A stretch of 64,000 nucleotides of DNA from positions 24,140,534-24,204,533 of the forward strand of contig CM120644.1 in assembly GCA_051362555.1 (NCBI GenBank), in the 5' to 3' direction. Of this stretch, positions 48,547 to 63,200 are shown piece after piece. Position numbers and translations under genes: made by a program. Every line of letters begins with the position of its first letter. Positions within the stretch are counted from its first letter, which is position 1. Below the pieces are notes generated by a model. That model worked only from the letters and a program-made list of their open reading frames with translations. It was not told the DNA's origin and did no database searches. The stretch is from Lingula anatina. Taxonomy: Eukaryota > Animalia > Brachiopoda.

Positions 48547-50227
48547 GGGGAGGAAGTGTCAACAAAAGTCATGATCCATGACTTGATGGTCATTAACAAC
48601 ATAAAACTGGCGTACTTTTGTCAGTTGATGTCATAACCACCGGCTCATTGCCACAAGAACTTGCGAGGTACTCAATTCTCAGTCATAACAAGGGAACGGT
48701 TATGAAATGATTTGCCCTCGAGGTCGGGTCACTATCACAGGTGCTACATGCTTCGGCGATAGATGTCAGCACTGGCTTAAACGATTTACATCTCATTTCT
48801 TTATTCTCTACTTCTAACTATTACGGACTTAGCTACAAATACAAAAGTAAATAAATAGCTACAAATAAAAAATAAATATATAAATAAGGTAATAATCATT
48901 AACACAAATTAATAAATAAGTAAAAGCGATTACTTTTGCATCATGTGGTAGCTATTCTGTTATATTGTAATATATGTATGCCAACGAAACTTTGATCTTC
49001 TTGCTTCAGTTCAGGGAATTATTATTTTTATTATTATTATTATTATTATTAAAATCAAGTACGCATTGTAAGCCTTTTATCCCGTAACATACAGTAGTCA
49101 TGGTAGCATATCGCATTGTATTATATATAAACGTCTTCCTATGGTTAAATATCACCCCCTATTGTTTTCAGTCCATGGATACTCCCGAGGTGCGGGGATG
49201 CAGGCCTGTCTGACCATGATGCCTCTACACGGCCCCAGTCCTGAGAGAGGAAGCGGAGGCTTTGAAGTCACCGCCACACAGGATACCTTCTCACCCGGTG
49301 ACATCGTACCAGGTAAATTGTCTTAATGCCAAGAACTGGAGAGCGATTCCTAGAGTACAACAAATCAAGTACGATTCGCAACCTAACGCTAATGGAGTGA
49401 AAAACCAGAAAATACAGAACGTTATTGAAACGCTACCATAACGCTAATATAATTTAAAAAAAACGTAATGGTAACGTTATAGTAACGCTCTATGTTAGCT
49501 GGAAAGGAAACTGAATTCCTTGAAATATATTGAGAAGATTGGGTACAGTTGAAATCTTGATTTTTTCGCTCACTCCTAATATACCGCTTGTCCTGAAAAT
49601 TTCACCAAAGTTTATGTTGAGATATCTTGTCCAATATCAATCAGGCACCCACAGACAGACAAACCAACGCATTCTTATCCTTGGCGAATGTAATGCGTTT
49701 ACTTTTTCCGTACATATTCACTCATTTTAAGTACTGTTTTATATAATATTTTTACTGCCATGAGGCAATACCTGTAATGAATTCGGACATTTCACAAAGA
49801 GCTACTATATACAAAACTATAGACCTTAATCCAAACCAAAGTACCGTTTATTCTCACAAAAAGTGGCAATGTGTAATATCCCGGCCACAATTCTTTCTCT
49901 TCTCTCTCCAGTGACAATAAGCGGGATCAGGCCATTCAAGGGCTTCTTACTTCAGGCCAGAACACCGAGAGATGACACCATCGTGGGCACCTTTGAGCCG
50001 CCACCAGAGGGCGTTCGTTACCTGGCTGAGTGTGGAGACAGGAACAGTGTCACGCACTCCAATCCCAACCTCAAGTCCTCTGTCACTGTGTTCTGGAGGG
50101 CGCCACGGTCGGGGCTGCTGAGGAGTATACGGTTCTAGTAAGTACCAATACTAAACTTTCTGTTAATATTTTCACGTTGTATTGTAAAGTCTACTGAACA
50201 CATTTGGATTTAAGACTAAAAATTAAT

Positions 50228-50269
<42 letters not shown>

Positions 50270-51837
50270 GTCATTATCATTATTATCAGTATTATTAGAT
50301 TTTTAGCTATTTAGTATCTAAATTTTCTTCCACCAGCAGCGATAAAATCTTAATAAGGATAGTTTGTAAAGCAAAGCACTTTTTGGTCTATTGTATTCTG
50401 TAATTTACGGCTATAAATTATACGCCAATTGATGCATTTTAAGGACTTATAAACATGCGCTGTTTGTGTCACCCGCTGTCGATTGGTTGACCTTTTGTTC
50501 AAAACGTGGAATGTATAATTTCATAACTTCTTTCAAATACATAAAGGAGGGAATCGCCAGATCTTTTATGATTTTGATTTGAAATGAAAAAAAAGGGTAT
50601 ATTTCAGTAATTTGTCAACCTCACGTGCTACTGCCCATGAATGTGGAGGCTCGAACAGATACGAGCAGCAGTACCTGCAATCTTTTTATTCGTGTTTGGT
50701 TATTTGGTTTATATTTCTTTACGCTTACTGTATCTGTAACGTTATATCTGTTAATTTGTTTATTAATTTCTGTTTTATCTTTTTCTAATTGTATTACTAC
50801 ATTGTAGTACGGTTGTCGTACACGCCCCTCTTTTTAAATGTCTTTCAGAGATGTTAATTTGATGCATTTCACCTCCAATAGTATTTGTTTATTTTTTTCT
50901 TGTTAGTGCATTTTCAGAAGTTGTTAAAATTATATTCTTCTTCTCATGCTCTTATTTCATTCCATAGCGTAACAGTGGTAGAGTCATTTAGCCAGATCTA
51001 CCGTAAACTTACTTCAGAGATCGTCATCTCAGAGTTGGACGTTGTTCAAGCGGGTAAGGTACCAGATAGTTCACAAATCACAGGCTCTTCAAGTGCATAT
51101 CATCATGTGATGGTTCTTTGAAGATATCATAGTCTACTGTACGTGTCAACTCTAAGAATTGTTTATGGAATTGGCTGCATCCCCTTCAAGCAAAGGTTAA
51201 TTTCCTAAAATTATAATGAATCATACTCGAAAAATTAAAACTAATTTTAGTATTTTGTTTTGCATGAAATGAAAACAGAATAAAACGTTCTAAATGTGAA
51301 ACTTAAATTTTGAAAAAAATAATGCACATGTCATTTGAAAAGGTTGCCCGAGCGTTGCTTTCGCGCGACTCCAGAATTGGCATTCATCCCTCTATAACAA
51401 CATCTCAACCGCATACGTGTTGTGGTCGATTAAAGAGAACATGTAGCATTTGCAGCGTCGCAACACCACCGTTGCTTTCATTAAAAATTCATTGTTCATG
51501 GAATCGAAAATTGCCAATGGGGCCTACGCCGGTTACAATCCAAATCCAACCCGAAAGGCAAGGGCCCGACATCGTAACGTGATGATTGCACTTGGGAAGA
51601 TTGATTGATTTGTGAAGTATCCCATATTTTTATTTGCGATTTAATTTTTTGAAGGTCAATTTTTTTTTATTTTATTTTGTCATCAGCGCGACGTTCGTGG
51701 AGGAGTTTGCCACAATCTATCGTAAGCTATCCTCTCGACCAATCGTTGAGGTACACGTGCACGAACCCAAGACAACCCCAAGGTCAAGGCCTGTTGGTGA
51801 GAACACTGGTCACGTGTCCATGTTTCGCACCATATAG
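41344..51837 (+). CDS. Secreted Reeler-domain protein (defense-protein-like); exons 41344-41410, 49172-49312, 49912-50137, then alternative exons 4a (from 50968) or 4b (from 51687)
   Basis: Signal exon MEYCSRDAMSLAVLICLSAVAT g|gtaagt. Reeler motifs GYSRGAGMQACLTMMPLHG, FKGFLLQAR, VGTF, C...VTHSN...VTVFWRAP, F-Y-(V/A)T(V/F)VE. Intron phases 1, 1, 2 are consistent. Confidence 0.85.
47445..47595. repeat. Compound (AAT)n/(GAT)n microsatellite with higher-order periodicity
   Basis: Direct reading of the sequence. Confidence 0.95.
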
Positions 51838-54406
51838 CATGCTTCTGTGCTGGTCTTGTCTAGCTTATGTATTTATACTTTAACTTGGGCATTTTTGTAT
51901 GTGACATTCTGGAAACTTACCTTGATATTTATTCTTCTTCGTTATGGAGACAGTTTGGTGTCTTCTTTTTGGTCTTACAAATTAGGTCCAAGCGAGAGCG
52001 TCGATGTCAGCTTATATATTGTTCGTTGGTGCGTTAAAAGCAGGTAAATGGAAAACAAGCGAGTGGTTTGAAATGGTGAATTGGGTCTTCTTAACATAAA
52101 ATTCCAAGAGAAGATTTGGTAGGGTAAATGTATGCGGTATTCTTTCTGAGATAAAATAATGTTGTATTTGGCTATGTCATGAAATATGGATGGAACTGAA
52201 ATTCACCATAGCTCTCAGGGTTTTATGCTACTCGTATTCCTTGATACTTGGGCTCACTAAAGTGTTCTACATGCGGCATATTATGTATTGCTTGTATTCC
52301 TTTCTATTTTACTCTTTTGCCATTTTGGTATTTCGATCTGAAATGACAGAAAACAATTGTGAACTGGTTACATTGCGTTTGCTGTGGTTTAACATTTCGT
52401 GAGTGTGACCTTGTGAAGTTTTCTTTACTAATACTACATCTACCGAAACTTAATAGTCATTTTATGCACCCACGCTAAATGTTTTCACCCCCTTTGTCTC
52501 TTTGTTTGTTTGTTTGTTATTTCCTATTGACTTTATATTATTTTTGTGACCTGTGGCGTTTTCTCGAAGGAAGGTGAACATGCAGTTAACAGCTCCTCGC
52601 TTTTAATGTTGTGATTTGCGTAATATAATATAATATAATATAATATAATATAATATAATATAATATAATATAATATCTGCTTCTGCAAAGTAACGTCGTG
52701 AATCACGTAAGTTAAAAATTACGACTGAGGACAAAGATGTGATGATTTCACAATGCATATATAGTCAGACATGAAAGGTGACAACCCTGAAAGTTAACGT
52801 GCTTCAGACATGCTATAGCCTTAGAATAATAATGATACATATTTATTACAACTCATATCAGTTGGATTGCACAATTTTAGGGCTTAGTTAGAATCTGATA
52901 ATTGCTGGCTTTGAAATTTACGAATGGATTTTACGGATCTGTTCAATCCTGAAACATTCTCGTCTACCTGAGGAGAATACAACCCAAATTGCGTCATAAA
53001 TGGGGTTCGCAGGTACCAGTAATACGACGACAATGTGGACATCAATATCAGACATAATTGGTCATAACATCATCATGTCTTAATCAATCTTATCTGCCCC
53101 AATTTTTGCCGCCATGGCGGGAGTGTCTGTAGCTGCGGTAAGGTAAGATTCCACCAGTTATGATTTCTCTTAAACCAGTACTAGTGGTGCCGTGTGTGGT
53201 GTGACCGAGATAGAATTGATCCTACAAGTTCAAGATATGTGAAAGGGGGAGGGGTTGGCCGCCATTCAAATTCCCTTTTTACCTGCTTCTACTCAAGTAA
53301 CGCCACTGGTCCAACGGCTAGTAAATAATGCTTACTCCTAGCGTTATGGCTTTAATCTATTTTTCATTTACCAAATTAAATTATTTTAAATGCCATTTTG
53401 ACATTTAGTACTTATTATCTTTTCTTTAAATAACACTTCTGTGTCCGCCCGCCAGTTATAAAGATGGATAAGTTGGCATCTAATTTTGTAGGATTATAAA
53501 AGAGCTAATAGTCTCTTATCCTGTTCTTTTTAAATAATTATATCCAGTAAGATATATAATGGAAGTTTTTTTTTTTTGAAAAAAAAGCAGTTGCTTCGGG
53601 TATTTTGGCTCTTTGCACCAGTGATCACACTTCGTTCTTTCTCTCTGACAAATATTGCGTAAAATGTCTCACCCTAAAAAAGCAAACATACCGCCTGCAC
53701 TGTTACCCAACTAATATAAGTGTGTGTGGAGTAATGGCTTACCAAGCATATGAATCATTTTGTCCTTCGTGTCAACCTCGTTTTGTATTTGTCAAGATGA
53801 ATAATTGGGACTTTGAGGAACACTCAGGTGTCGGGACAGAGTGGGAAGACATATTGTTATTGTCGTCCATGGTGACCGTCCCTGTGACCCCGCCTCAGTC
53901 ACGGATATAGCCCCGGTATGACGGGACCTGTTTAGAACAAAGACGACAGCGGGAGAGGTGACACCAGAGCGTGCCGCGACAAAACGTGACTGAGTTCAGA
54001 GAATCATTTGTCAATTTATCCACGACGCAAAATATTACAAGGCCAAGAAAAGCGAAAATAAGGCACAGAGGAAAAACGGTGGATATATCTAATTTTGTTC
54101 CAGTGCACTGCATATCTTATATTGGACAAGGAATATAAATAATTTCACTAAAAAGAAAGGTCGCGTTTATACTGGACGGCGACAGTACCGCCTGTGTCAT
54201 CATTAAAAGTAGGAAAAAGATTACTCCGTCTGATACATATTCCGCCTATACATTTGGATAACGGTACCTGAGGAAACAAAGAGCCAGTTGTCTATTCTTG
54301 ACGGGATTTCGCCAGATTTCTTGAGATTTTCATTGCACTTTCGTGCTAAACAGCGCCTTTACGCCAAAGCTCCAAAGTTCAAGGTTTGCTAGACAACAGA
54401 ACCACC

Positions 54407-54637
54407 ATGCGTCTTGTATTAACGTACTTGACGTTAACTGTATGTCTTAAAGTGGCTCTGGCGGCGTCCCTGGGACCGTGGAGCGAATGGGGCGCCTGTT
54501 CTTCCTCCTGTGGTAACGGTCTACAGATCAGGGAGAGAGAGTGTATTGGAGAGGGCCTATGTGACGGCCAGACAGTGGAGGGGAGGTCGTGTTACGCCGG
54601 ACAGTGCGGGGGAGTAGGTCTGTAGACTGAATTACGA

Positions 54638-54684
<47 letters not shown>

Positions 54685-57600
54685 GGAGTAAGTATGTAGG
54701 CTGATTTATGATAAATAATAAATGAATAAATAAATAAATAAAGTTAGTAAGCCAGAAATTCGTATGCAGTACTCGTTCTAGTTAAAATGAGAAAAAAATC
54801 GTTTTATTGACAATCAGACTAGCTTACGACTTAGATGAGCTTTTTGCAAAACCGCCGACAAGATCAAAGTATGTTGTATTCAATATTCCAATATTCTCGA
54901 TCCAACATATAATCCAATATTCTCGAATAATCCTCGAGTATAACCACTCCTGCTTTGATTTAATTAAAGCTGACTCAGAACTCCACTTTTGTTATTATAT
55001 CATTTTTACCAGGTATGTAGACGATATGATATCGCTATTATAAATTATATATAATTATGTGTCATGATCAGCAAGCCTATGTATGATGTCCATATCACCC
55101 TATCTTAAGGATGGGTAACAAAATACAATTTTACCTGGGCTAGGTCGATTCCTATTTTAGATCAAACTGTTCCGGTTGAAAAGTTCTAACTATGATATAG
55201 ATTAGTCATGTAAAGTGGGATGAGACAGATTATGAACTAAATACCATGGAACTGTGTTTAATCCACTGTTTTAATCTGAAATTTGCCAGGTTTTAGCTTA
55301 GCCTCAAGTTAAGATATACAAGATATAGAAAGGAAGTGGAATTTCAAAAGATTCTAATCTGGGTGTTACCTGGTCTTCACCTGGTTTAGATCACGTTTTG
55401 GAAGGTGCAGGTTTAAAGAAGAGATGTCGGCCTCATTTGTCTGACACATAAAACACATTCTAGATTGAAATCGACAGTTTTGTGGTGAGGATGCTATTTG
55501 GAAGATCTTTACACGGTCGGTGTGTACGGCACTTACTTTCAAGATATGTCAGTAGTTAGTAAATTACATTGTTTTAACATATTTGGGTAATATCTTGATT
55601 TCACCTGTGTGTATGTCTGTGTCACTCAGAAAGAATGCGGCTTCATGAATGAAAAAAAAAATGTTGGAATGACACCGTTTATACACTTGCGGATCAAGGC
55701 CTGAGATCCAGGAAAGGGGAGGGGGGCAATGATAGAATTATAAAACAGAATTAGCGAAAAACAAAGAAATTAATATTCACGGCAAGTGGATGGTAAAAGG
55801 TTTTGGTCCGGTTGCCTGTAGCATTATATTTCGTCCAATTGAAGGGCACACCCTCGAAGCTAAAGGATTGGAGTTGGGGGGGGGGGGATGTCAACCACTG
55901 TGGTACCTGGATCCGCCTCCCACAAATCACGAACCTTGAGCTGTCTATTTTGTTTCTAAATGAGGCAATGAGCCGTTTGTGTACGGCCCTTCTGCTGCTT
56001 TATATGCTTTTTTGCTGCATCTAATGTTCGGTTATTACAGATACAAGTTGTGGAATGGTGACCACTCTATATTTTGACATACAAATATCTCAGTTACCCT
56101 TCATAACTGCAAGTCACCATTTATATGAAGAGGAATATGATTTATTGGACGTCATATCTGAGACAAGTCATTTTTAACTGACCAGACACGCTTGTTTTGG
56201 CAAAATATTTTGAATGTGTGTGTGTGCAATATATGACTCATGGATCGGTGTACTGCAGGTACTAATGTAGAAAAAACGTACGGTTTATCCTTAAGACAGT
56301 TATTTGGGGGGAAACAAATAACCACGATTTCAATTGACTCGTCGTCTTTTAAAATTTGTAAAAAAAATGTTTTCCCTTGGCGGAGGTCTGAGTTCTCATC
56401 GCACCTTGTTATTCATCCATTTATTCATTCACTCAATCATTCGCGGCGAAGCAGCTCCAGTCAAAAGGCTGCTGCCCAGTATGGTCAAGACGGTACTAAA
56501 ACGCCATCATTGATCGGATAAGCAGGTGTTTTTTCATGAAGCATTTACACTTGGGAAAACCACTAGTTATTTAGTCACAGTAACGATATATACAGGATAT
56601 ATCCATAATATGTCTTGTGAGTCATAGAGTGTCCTTGGAGAAGGCTGCCTGCACTGTAGCGGCAGCCGATTAATTCCATTTTCTCTTTAAATGAGTAGGT
56701 ATGTGAGTAACGTTTAAGGAATACTACGTTGTTTGCTCTTATATCTTGCCTTGGCTAAGGTCTGCGCCCCAGGAGATCTGTCTTGTTTTTCTATGTAATA
56801 TGGTGTCTTACACTGGGCGTTTGGAACTATACATCCACATTGCAATATATATTCCTGTTAACAAACATGGCTAACGACAGCAGTCATGAAGTCCGTTTAT
56901 CATTGCCCTGTTACTGTTTACATTGATATTTATCAAACCCCTGTAGGACTTGGAACAAATGTGTACTCCCTCTCCAACTATTTCATTTATTTATTCATTA
57001 AACAATGCCTGTGCAGTACTAAAGTCACTATAAAAGTGTAGTTTAGACTGCAATAACAATTTTTAAAAATGCACAAAATGTTTTGGCATGAAAAAAACTG
57101 ATGCAGATGAATAATTATTTTCTATATGTATACCGCTTATTTGCCAATTTGTATATGCCTATATGTAAACATATATCTCAGCTGGTGTAGTTTGTGGGCT
57201 GACAATGGTTTTTGAAGGCGATAGAGAAGGTTTTTGTATTAACAATTCACATGCAATGTTTATGGAGCTTGATCCACAATGACCAAGTCAGCATTTTAAT
57301 TTACATCTTGGCTGCAACGTGTTTGATTATCTGATGAGTTCTTGTTATAATCTGTAACTTTACACTAAGCATAGGCAGACAGACTGATTTAACATTGATT
57401 TAACGATGGCATTGTTTCTTGGAAGATAGCATAACACTAATTGTGTATTTATGAGCATGCCATAAGCGTTAGATCTTTATATAGTAAAAAAAATGCTGGG
57501 GATTTAAGCAACTTTTCTTTTAAAACCAGATTATACCCAATCAACATCTTTTCAGAGAATTGTGACTTTTGCTATATAAAGATCAAACGCTCACAGCATG

Positions 57601-58093
57601 CCTTAATTTATACTATTGATCGAAATGTCATTTACATATGCCACGCCCACTTTCAGAGTACGGTCCCTGGGGCCCCTGGTCCACGTGCTCAGCTTCGTGT
57701 GGTCCCGGCATCGAGCAGAGGACTCGTGTGTGTCCGGGTAACGCCGTGTGTGCCGGAACTCCCAACGAGATTAGAAGTTGTAACCTTGTAAACTGCGGTA
57801 AGTATAGAGAGGCTATGGGACATTTTTTTTGCGTAATTTAAGCACATAAGATAAAATGGTTTATTAGGCTAGTCGGTAACAATTATTACTCAGAATGTGT
57901 ATCAATAATACTCTTAAAAATGAAATATGCTGTCTCATTTTGGTGAACATATTGTAGTGAAATATTTAACAGCAGTTTTTAGAATCAAAAATGGGTAAAA
58001 CTTACAATATGCGGTTATGGGTGTTTTCAAAATGCATTCCTGTAATATATCTAATCTAAGCTAATAATTAATTGTTAAGGAGAATAAACCAAA

Positions 58094-58130
<37 letters not shown>

Positions 58131-60235
58131 AACACCTTTTCTCTATCTAACCTTGAACCCCACTAAATAACAAAAAAGTGAACATAGTGTACCGGCATAG
58201 CCTGCGCCAGGCAATCTTTTAAAACCCTCACAGTACAGATTACATAAGAGTCCAGCTGTCCCGGCAAGCACAGGTTTTTACCTCCTTTAACTCTCCCAAC
58301 CCGCACACCTCGTATTAAGGAAGATAAATGGTCCTGTCACCGAGGAAATTGGTGACAAACTGGTCTCTTATAAATAAAACAGATTGGGGCGAGACGTCGT
58401 TGCTGAACGCGGTGTGTTACACAATGGGGTAGTGTAAGAAGTGGTAGTTTTAATAATGCTTCTAAAAGACTTTGAGGAAATAACAAATACGAAATACATG
58501 AATGCCAGTCTTTGTTTAGTACACGAAGAGTGAATATTTAGTAAACTGGCATTGTGTCATTTAAGATGAATAGAAAAGTTTAAAGAAAAGTGGTCTGTTT
58601 TATAGGCACAGCACCTCCAATTATTTCCATGACACATTTCCTATCACCCCGCCACAACAATCATTATGGACCGTCTGCTTTGAATGTAACATTACAAATT
58701 CAACTGATATTGTTTCATGATATTGGTCACCAATTAATAATAAAACCGTTCATCTCTATAATTCGACTAGATCGGTATCAACATCTGAACTTTCTATGTC
58801 TATTTTGAAACTGACGCATAGAGCATTTGCTAATTGTCCATACCCTTAATCACACCAACTCATGGTATTGTTGACGAAATGTCTGCCTTTTTACAACTTT
58901 ACGCCTACCTATTAGTTAAATCTTGCGCAATAGGCTGTAAGTCTCGTTTATAATTGTAACACTGATGGTAAAAGCGAGTCCTAGTGGACCATATTGGCAC
59001 TTGGTGAAAATCAAGCTCCGTAAGGTTCTTCAAATCCATATTTAATCATTTGCCAAGACAATTACTACGATTACGTTTCTCGGCTTCTGTTATTTAAATA
59101 TAATAATGCCACTGTGGTTGGGTTGTCCGATAACGCGAGTTGTCCCCATTTCCGGGTATACCTACGCTAGTCTGAACTGAGCTGAATATGCTGTCCGGCA
59201 AAACAACTTTGTTATACTGAATACAATGGGATAGTTTTGTAAGAGGACGCATTCTGAGCACAATGTGTGTTACAATTTAGGGGCCAAAAGAGCAACTCTA
59301 AATCGCCGTGCTCCCGTTAAACTGACGTATCGCATCCTTAATGTCAGAATACCGTGTTGACGCTCACGATGCTATCAAGGTCGGAGCGTTTTATGGGGGT
59401 TGGACACGATAAGGTGACACAGGTCTTTTATCATGTATATAATACTAATATATTCAGCCGTACGGTTATATCTCCTTGCATATCGTTTTAATGGTTTTTG
59501 GTATTCTAGATATTATGATATACGTACTTTACTGGATCATATAGTCCGCTGCAATATTATTTCAGAAGATTGTAGGCAAAGATTATGTCAAATACATGAT
59601 TAAGCAAAGATATGAATAAATAGAGAAAATAAAATTTATTGATATAAACGCTTTAGATTTTTTTTTTTGTGATAATAAGGAATAGTGATAGATAAATGAA
59701 TGGATTAACGAAGACACAGATAAATATAGATACATTTTCACTGTAAAACCCATTGTAGACCTTATAGTAGCTGCCAATACAATGCCTGTAGCAAAGGCAG
59801 TAATTAAGATAGATACTAATTGCGCATGCTTTTGAAAAAATGAATAAATATACAAATTGATAATGGAAGAAAAAGAAGGAGAGAAACAAAAATTATTTAT
59901 TAACAAAATGTTCATATGCCTCCCTCTCCTTTTCGCAACATCCTGTACTGTTGGTAATGATAGTCTTAATGGTTATTTTATATGAGGCATTCCATTCCAA
60001 TATCAAAGCATTAGACATTAAAAAAAGTTTAAATCTCTTCCAGGAGAGTTAAACTACGGGCCGTGGTCAGTATGGGGGCCCTGTACGGCCACATGTGGGT
60101 ACGGCATGCAGGACAGGACCAGAGAGTGCAACAGTCCCTTCGGCTGTGCTGGTCTCGCCACGGAAACCAGACAGTGCACGCTATTAGATTGTCCCACCGT
60201 TGTTAGTAAGTGTGAACTCACCATCACCATCGTTT

Positions 60236-60281
<46 letters not shown>

Positions 60282-63200
60282 CATCATCATCATCAGTGCT
60301 CTTCGTCCCGTGTGGGACATAAGGCCATATTATCTTAGTAAGACACAGACTTAATTTGTTTCATCTTGCATACAGTGGTCTATAGTGTTTCAGATTAACA
60401 TTGATTAACTTACCCAATATCTAAGTTTGGCCACAGTCCGTGTCAAAGAGGTATTGGATACACTATTAAATGCACAGAATTCATGTAAAATTTAACAATT
60501 TTAAAACTTATTTCATATTTTTCGGTGCAAGTTTTTTCTTCTTTGTTTTCATATAACTACCGTTATTTGATTTCGTTATATGTAGCGAAAGAGGCATTAG
60601 TTTTATAAAGATAGCTATGCAAATAATAAATGGAGGTCTGCTGTATGGTTTTACAAGCGCCTAACTCATATAGTATAACATAGAATAAAATATAGTATAG
60701 TAAAAATACCATAGTACCAAAAATAGTTTAGTTTGGAAATTATAGAGTTTGGGTTTGTTCAGTATAATTTTCTTAGACCCGGACCGAGATTGCATTCCAG
60801 TAGTAACTAACAGGTGGGGTAGAATGAATTTTAGACTTAACTTAGAACACACTGGTTGATTTTAGAAGCCACGTGGGGCGAGTGGTCGTCTTATACCAGT
60901 TGTTCAGTATCCTGTGGTAGCGGCGTGCAGTCCAGGTCACGTGTTTGCACTGTAGATGGCGCTTGTGTAGAGGGCGCGGCCATAGAAGAAACTCCCTGTG
61001 ATGCGGGAGCATGTCGTACGTAGTTGGCGGGTAGCAGTTTAGTGATCCTACAAATGTAGTTTAGAATATTGTGCTAATTTTGATTTTTCTAGGATACTAA
61101 AAGCATTGATTTTTATACCTTTCTGCTTGAAGAGTGGATATAAAACTTCTAAATAGAGAGGACTCAGTTGACATTACATGCTCATCAAAACTACTTGGTA
61201 TTTGCTTTAGGGATTTTAACATGGACTATTTTACGTGGTTTTATTACAACCACACATATAGGTCTAAGATTACATTCACCACCCGTTGCGATTAACAACT
61301 GAATGATTCTGATTGAAACTGCATGCATTTTACAACGAATCTGACAAAACTTAAAGTCGACGTTATTGTTTGCGGATAAATGGCTTTGGGGTGTTCTTTT
61401 CACTCCTGAACATATCAAACAACACTCAGTATTATATATACCTTTGATTTTCTAGCCGTGAACTGGAACCCGTGGTCGTCATTTTCACCCTGCTCTGCTA
61501 CCTGCGGCACTGGGACCCGATACAGGAGTAGAAACTGCCCGCTAGATGGCGCTTGTATAGGGGGCGAGGCAAGAGAGACGATTCCATGCGATGCTGGCGC
61601 CTGTCGTACGTAACACAATCATTTTTTTATTATGATTCCCGAGGTTTCCGACAAATTATAAAACAAATTAATTGCAATCCAATTATGTTTGTATATGAAT
61701 ATACAAACTCATATGTTTTACAATGTTACATTTCCATGAAGGATTACAAGCTAATTGTTCCATTAAACTCAAACATTAAATTAAATTACAAGCATCAAGA
61801 TACAATTTATCACTTCTCACCGAGTTTCGCAAATACATTTCATTTAAGAATGTAATACTTAAAGAATTTTTCAATTTTCAGCTGTGAATTGGAACCAGTG
61901 GTCGCCATTTTCGAGTTGCTCAGCAACTTGCGGTAGCGGGGTCATCTTCAGATCTCGAACTTGCCCGATAGATGGCGCTTGTATAGGGGGTGCGGCACGG
62001 GAGGAGAGGACGTGTGACGCTGGACCGTGTCGTACGTATTTGACAAAATGAAAGAACGCTTTGTACTTTATGGTCCATGTTATGTACAAATTAATATGCT
62101 TTGAATTTTAATAACAATATAGGCCTATTATACATTATCTGAAGTGGGACAAAACTTACTTATCGTTCATTTCATGTATCACTGCAATAATTTATTTAAA
62201 ATAATAATGTACATTAAGAAATATGCCAGTAAAGAATTATTATTAAAGAACTAAACGCAATACAGTAAAGTAAAATAGCGATAGTATAGTATAATGGAAG
62301 AAAATATAAAAATTGGACTACAAAATAACTAAATGAAACATAACATTACTTACATATAGATGCTTACATATAGAAAGCGGCCAGGTAGAAAATTGTTTTA
62401 ATAGATAATTTTTTTATCATAAAAATAAAACTAGGATATATATAAAGCTACGTAGATTGTAACAACTTAATATTTTAGCGGTTTTCTGGGGCGAGTGGGG
62501 GCCATTTACTGCTTGTTCGTCTAGCTGCGGGGCTGGTGTGCAGACGAGAAAACGAACTTGTCCGATAGAGGGCAGTTGTGTAGGAGGAGCCGCGGAGGAA
62601 GAACAGAAGTGTGATGCAGGAGAATGTCGTATGTAGTCAAATAGTTTAATCAGTTTAAATTCAAAAGGTACAAAGCTATCATCAGAGAAATTACAAATAC
62701 ATATAGGTTTGGCGAAAATTTAATCATTTATCTTACACTTGCCCATTTTATAACTATCAATGGGTGCATTTGTTATACTAGTAATGTGCACTACATTTTG
62801 CTTATAGAAAGTAATCCTTTAATGGTGGGATAGGGAAAGGCCGTAGCCATTCAGAAAAAAAAATAGTGACACGAAAATGGGGAGTCCTCTCACACCTTTA
62901 GCGATAAAGGCTGATGTGGTTGAAAAAAAAATAAATGTTTGCAACCTGTTATTATTTGTTAGTAGGCTACGTATTTTTGCGCAGCACTGATCACTGCTTT
63001 TTAACCATTTCATAATGTATACACCTTTATCATTTTTTTAAACTGAACTTGGTCAATGTGCTCTGACAGGGTGCGGGTTTTATTAACAACAGTTCCGAAT
63101 TTTCTTTCCAAATCAGCCATGTTTATCGCTGCTATACTTACTGCATATGTACAGTAGGTGTACTTACATGTACTACAATAGAAGAGTTAGATATTTTAAC

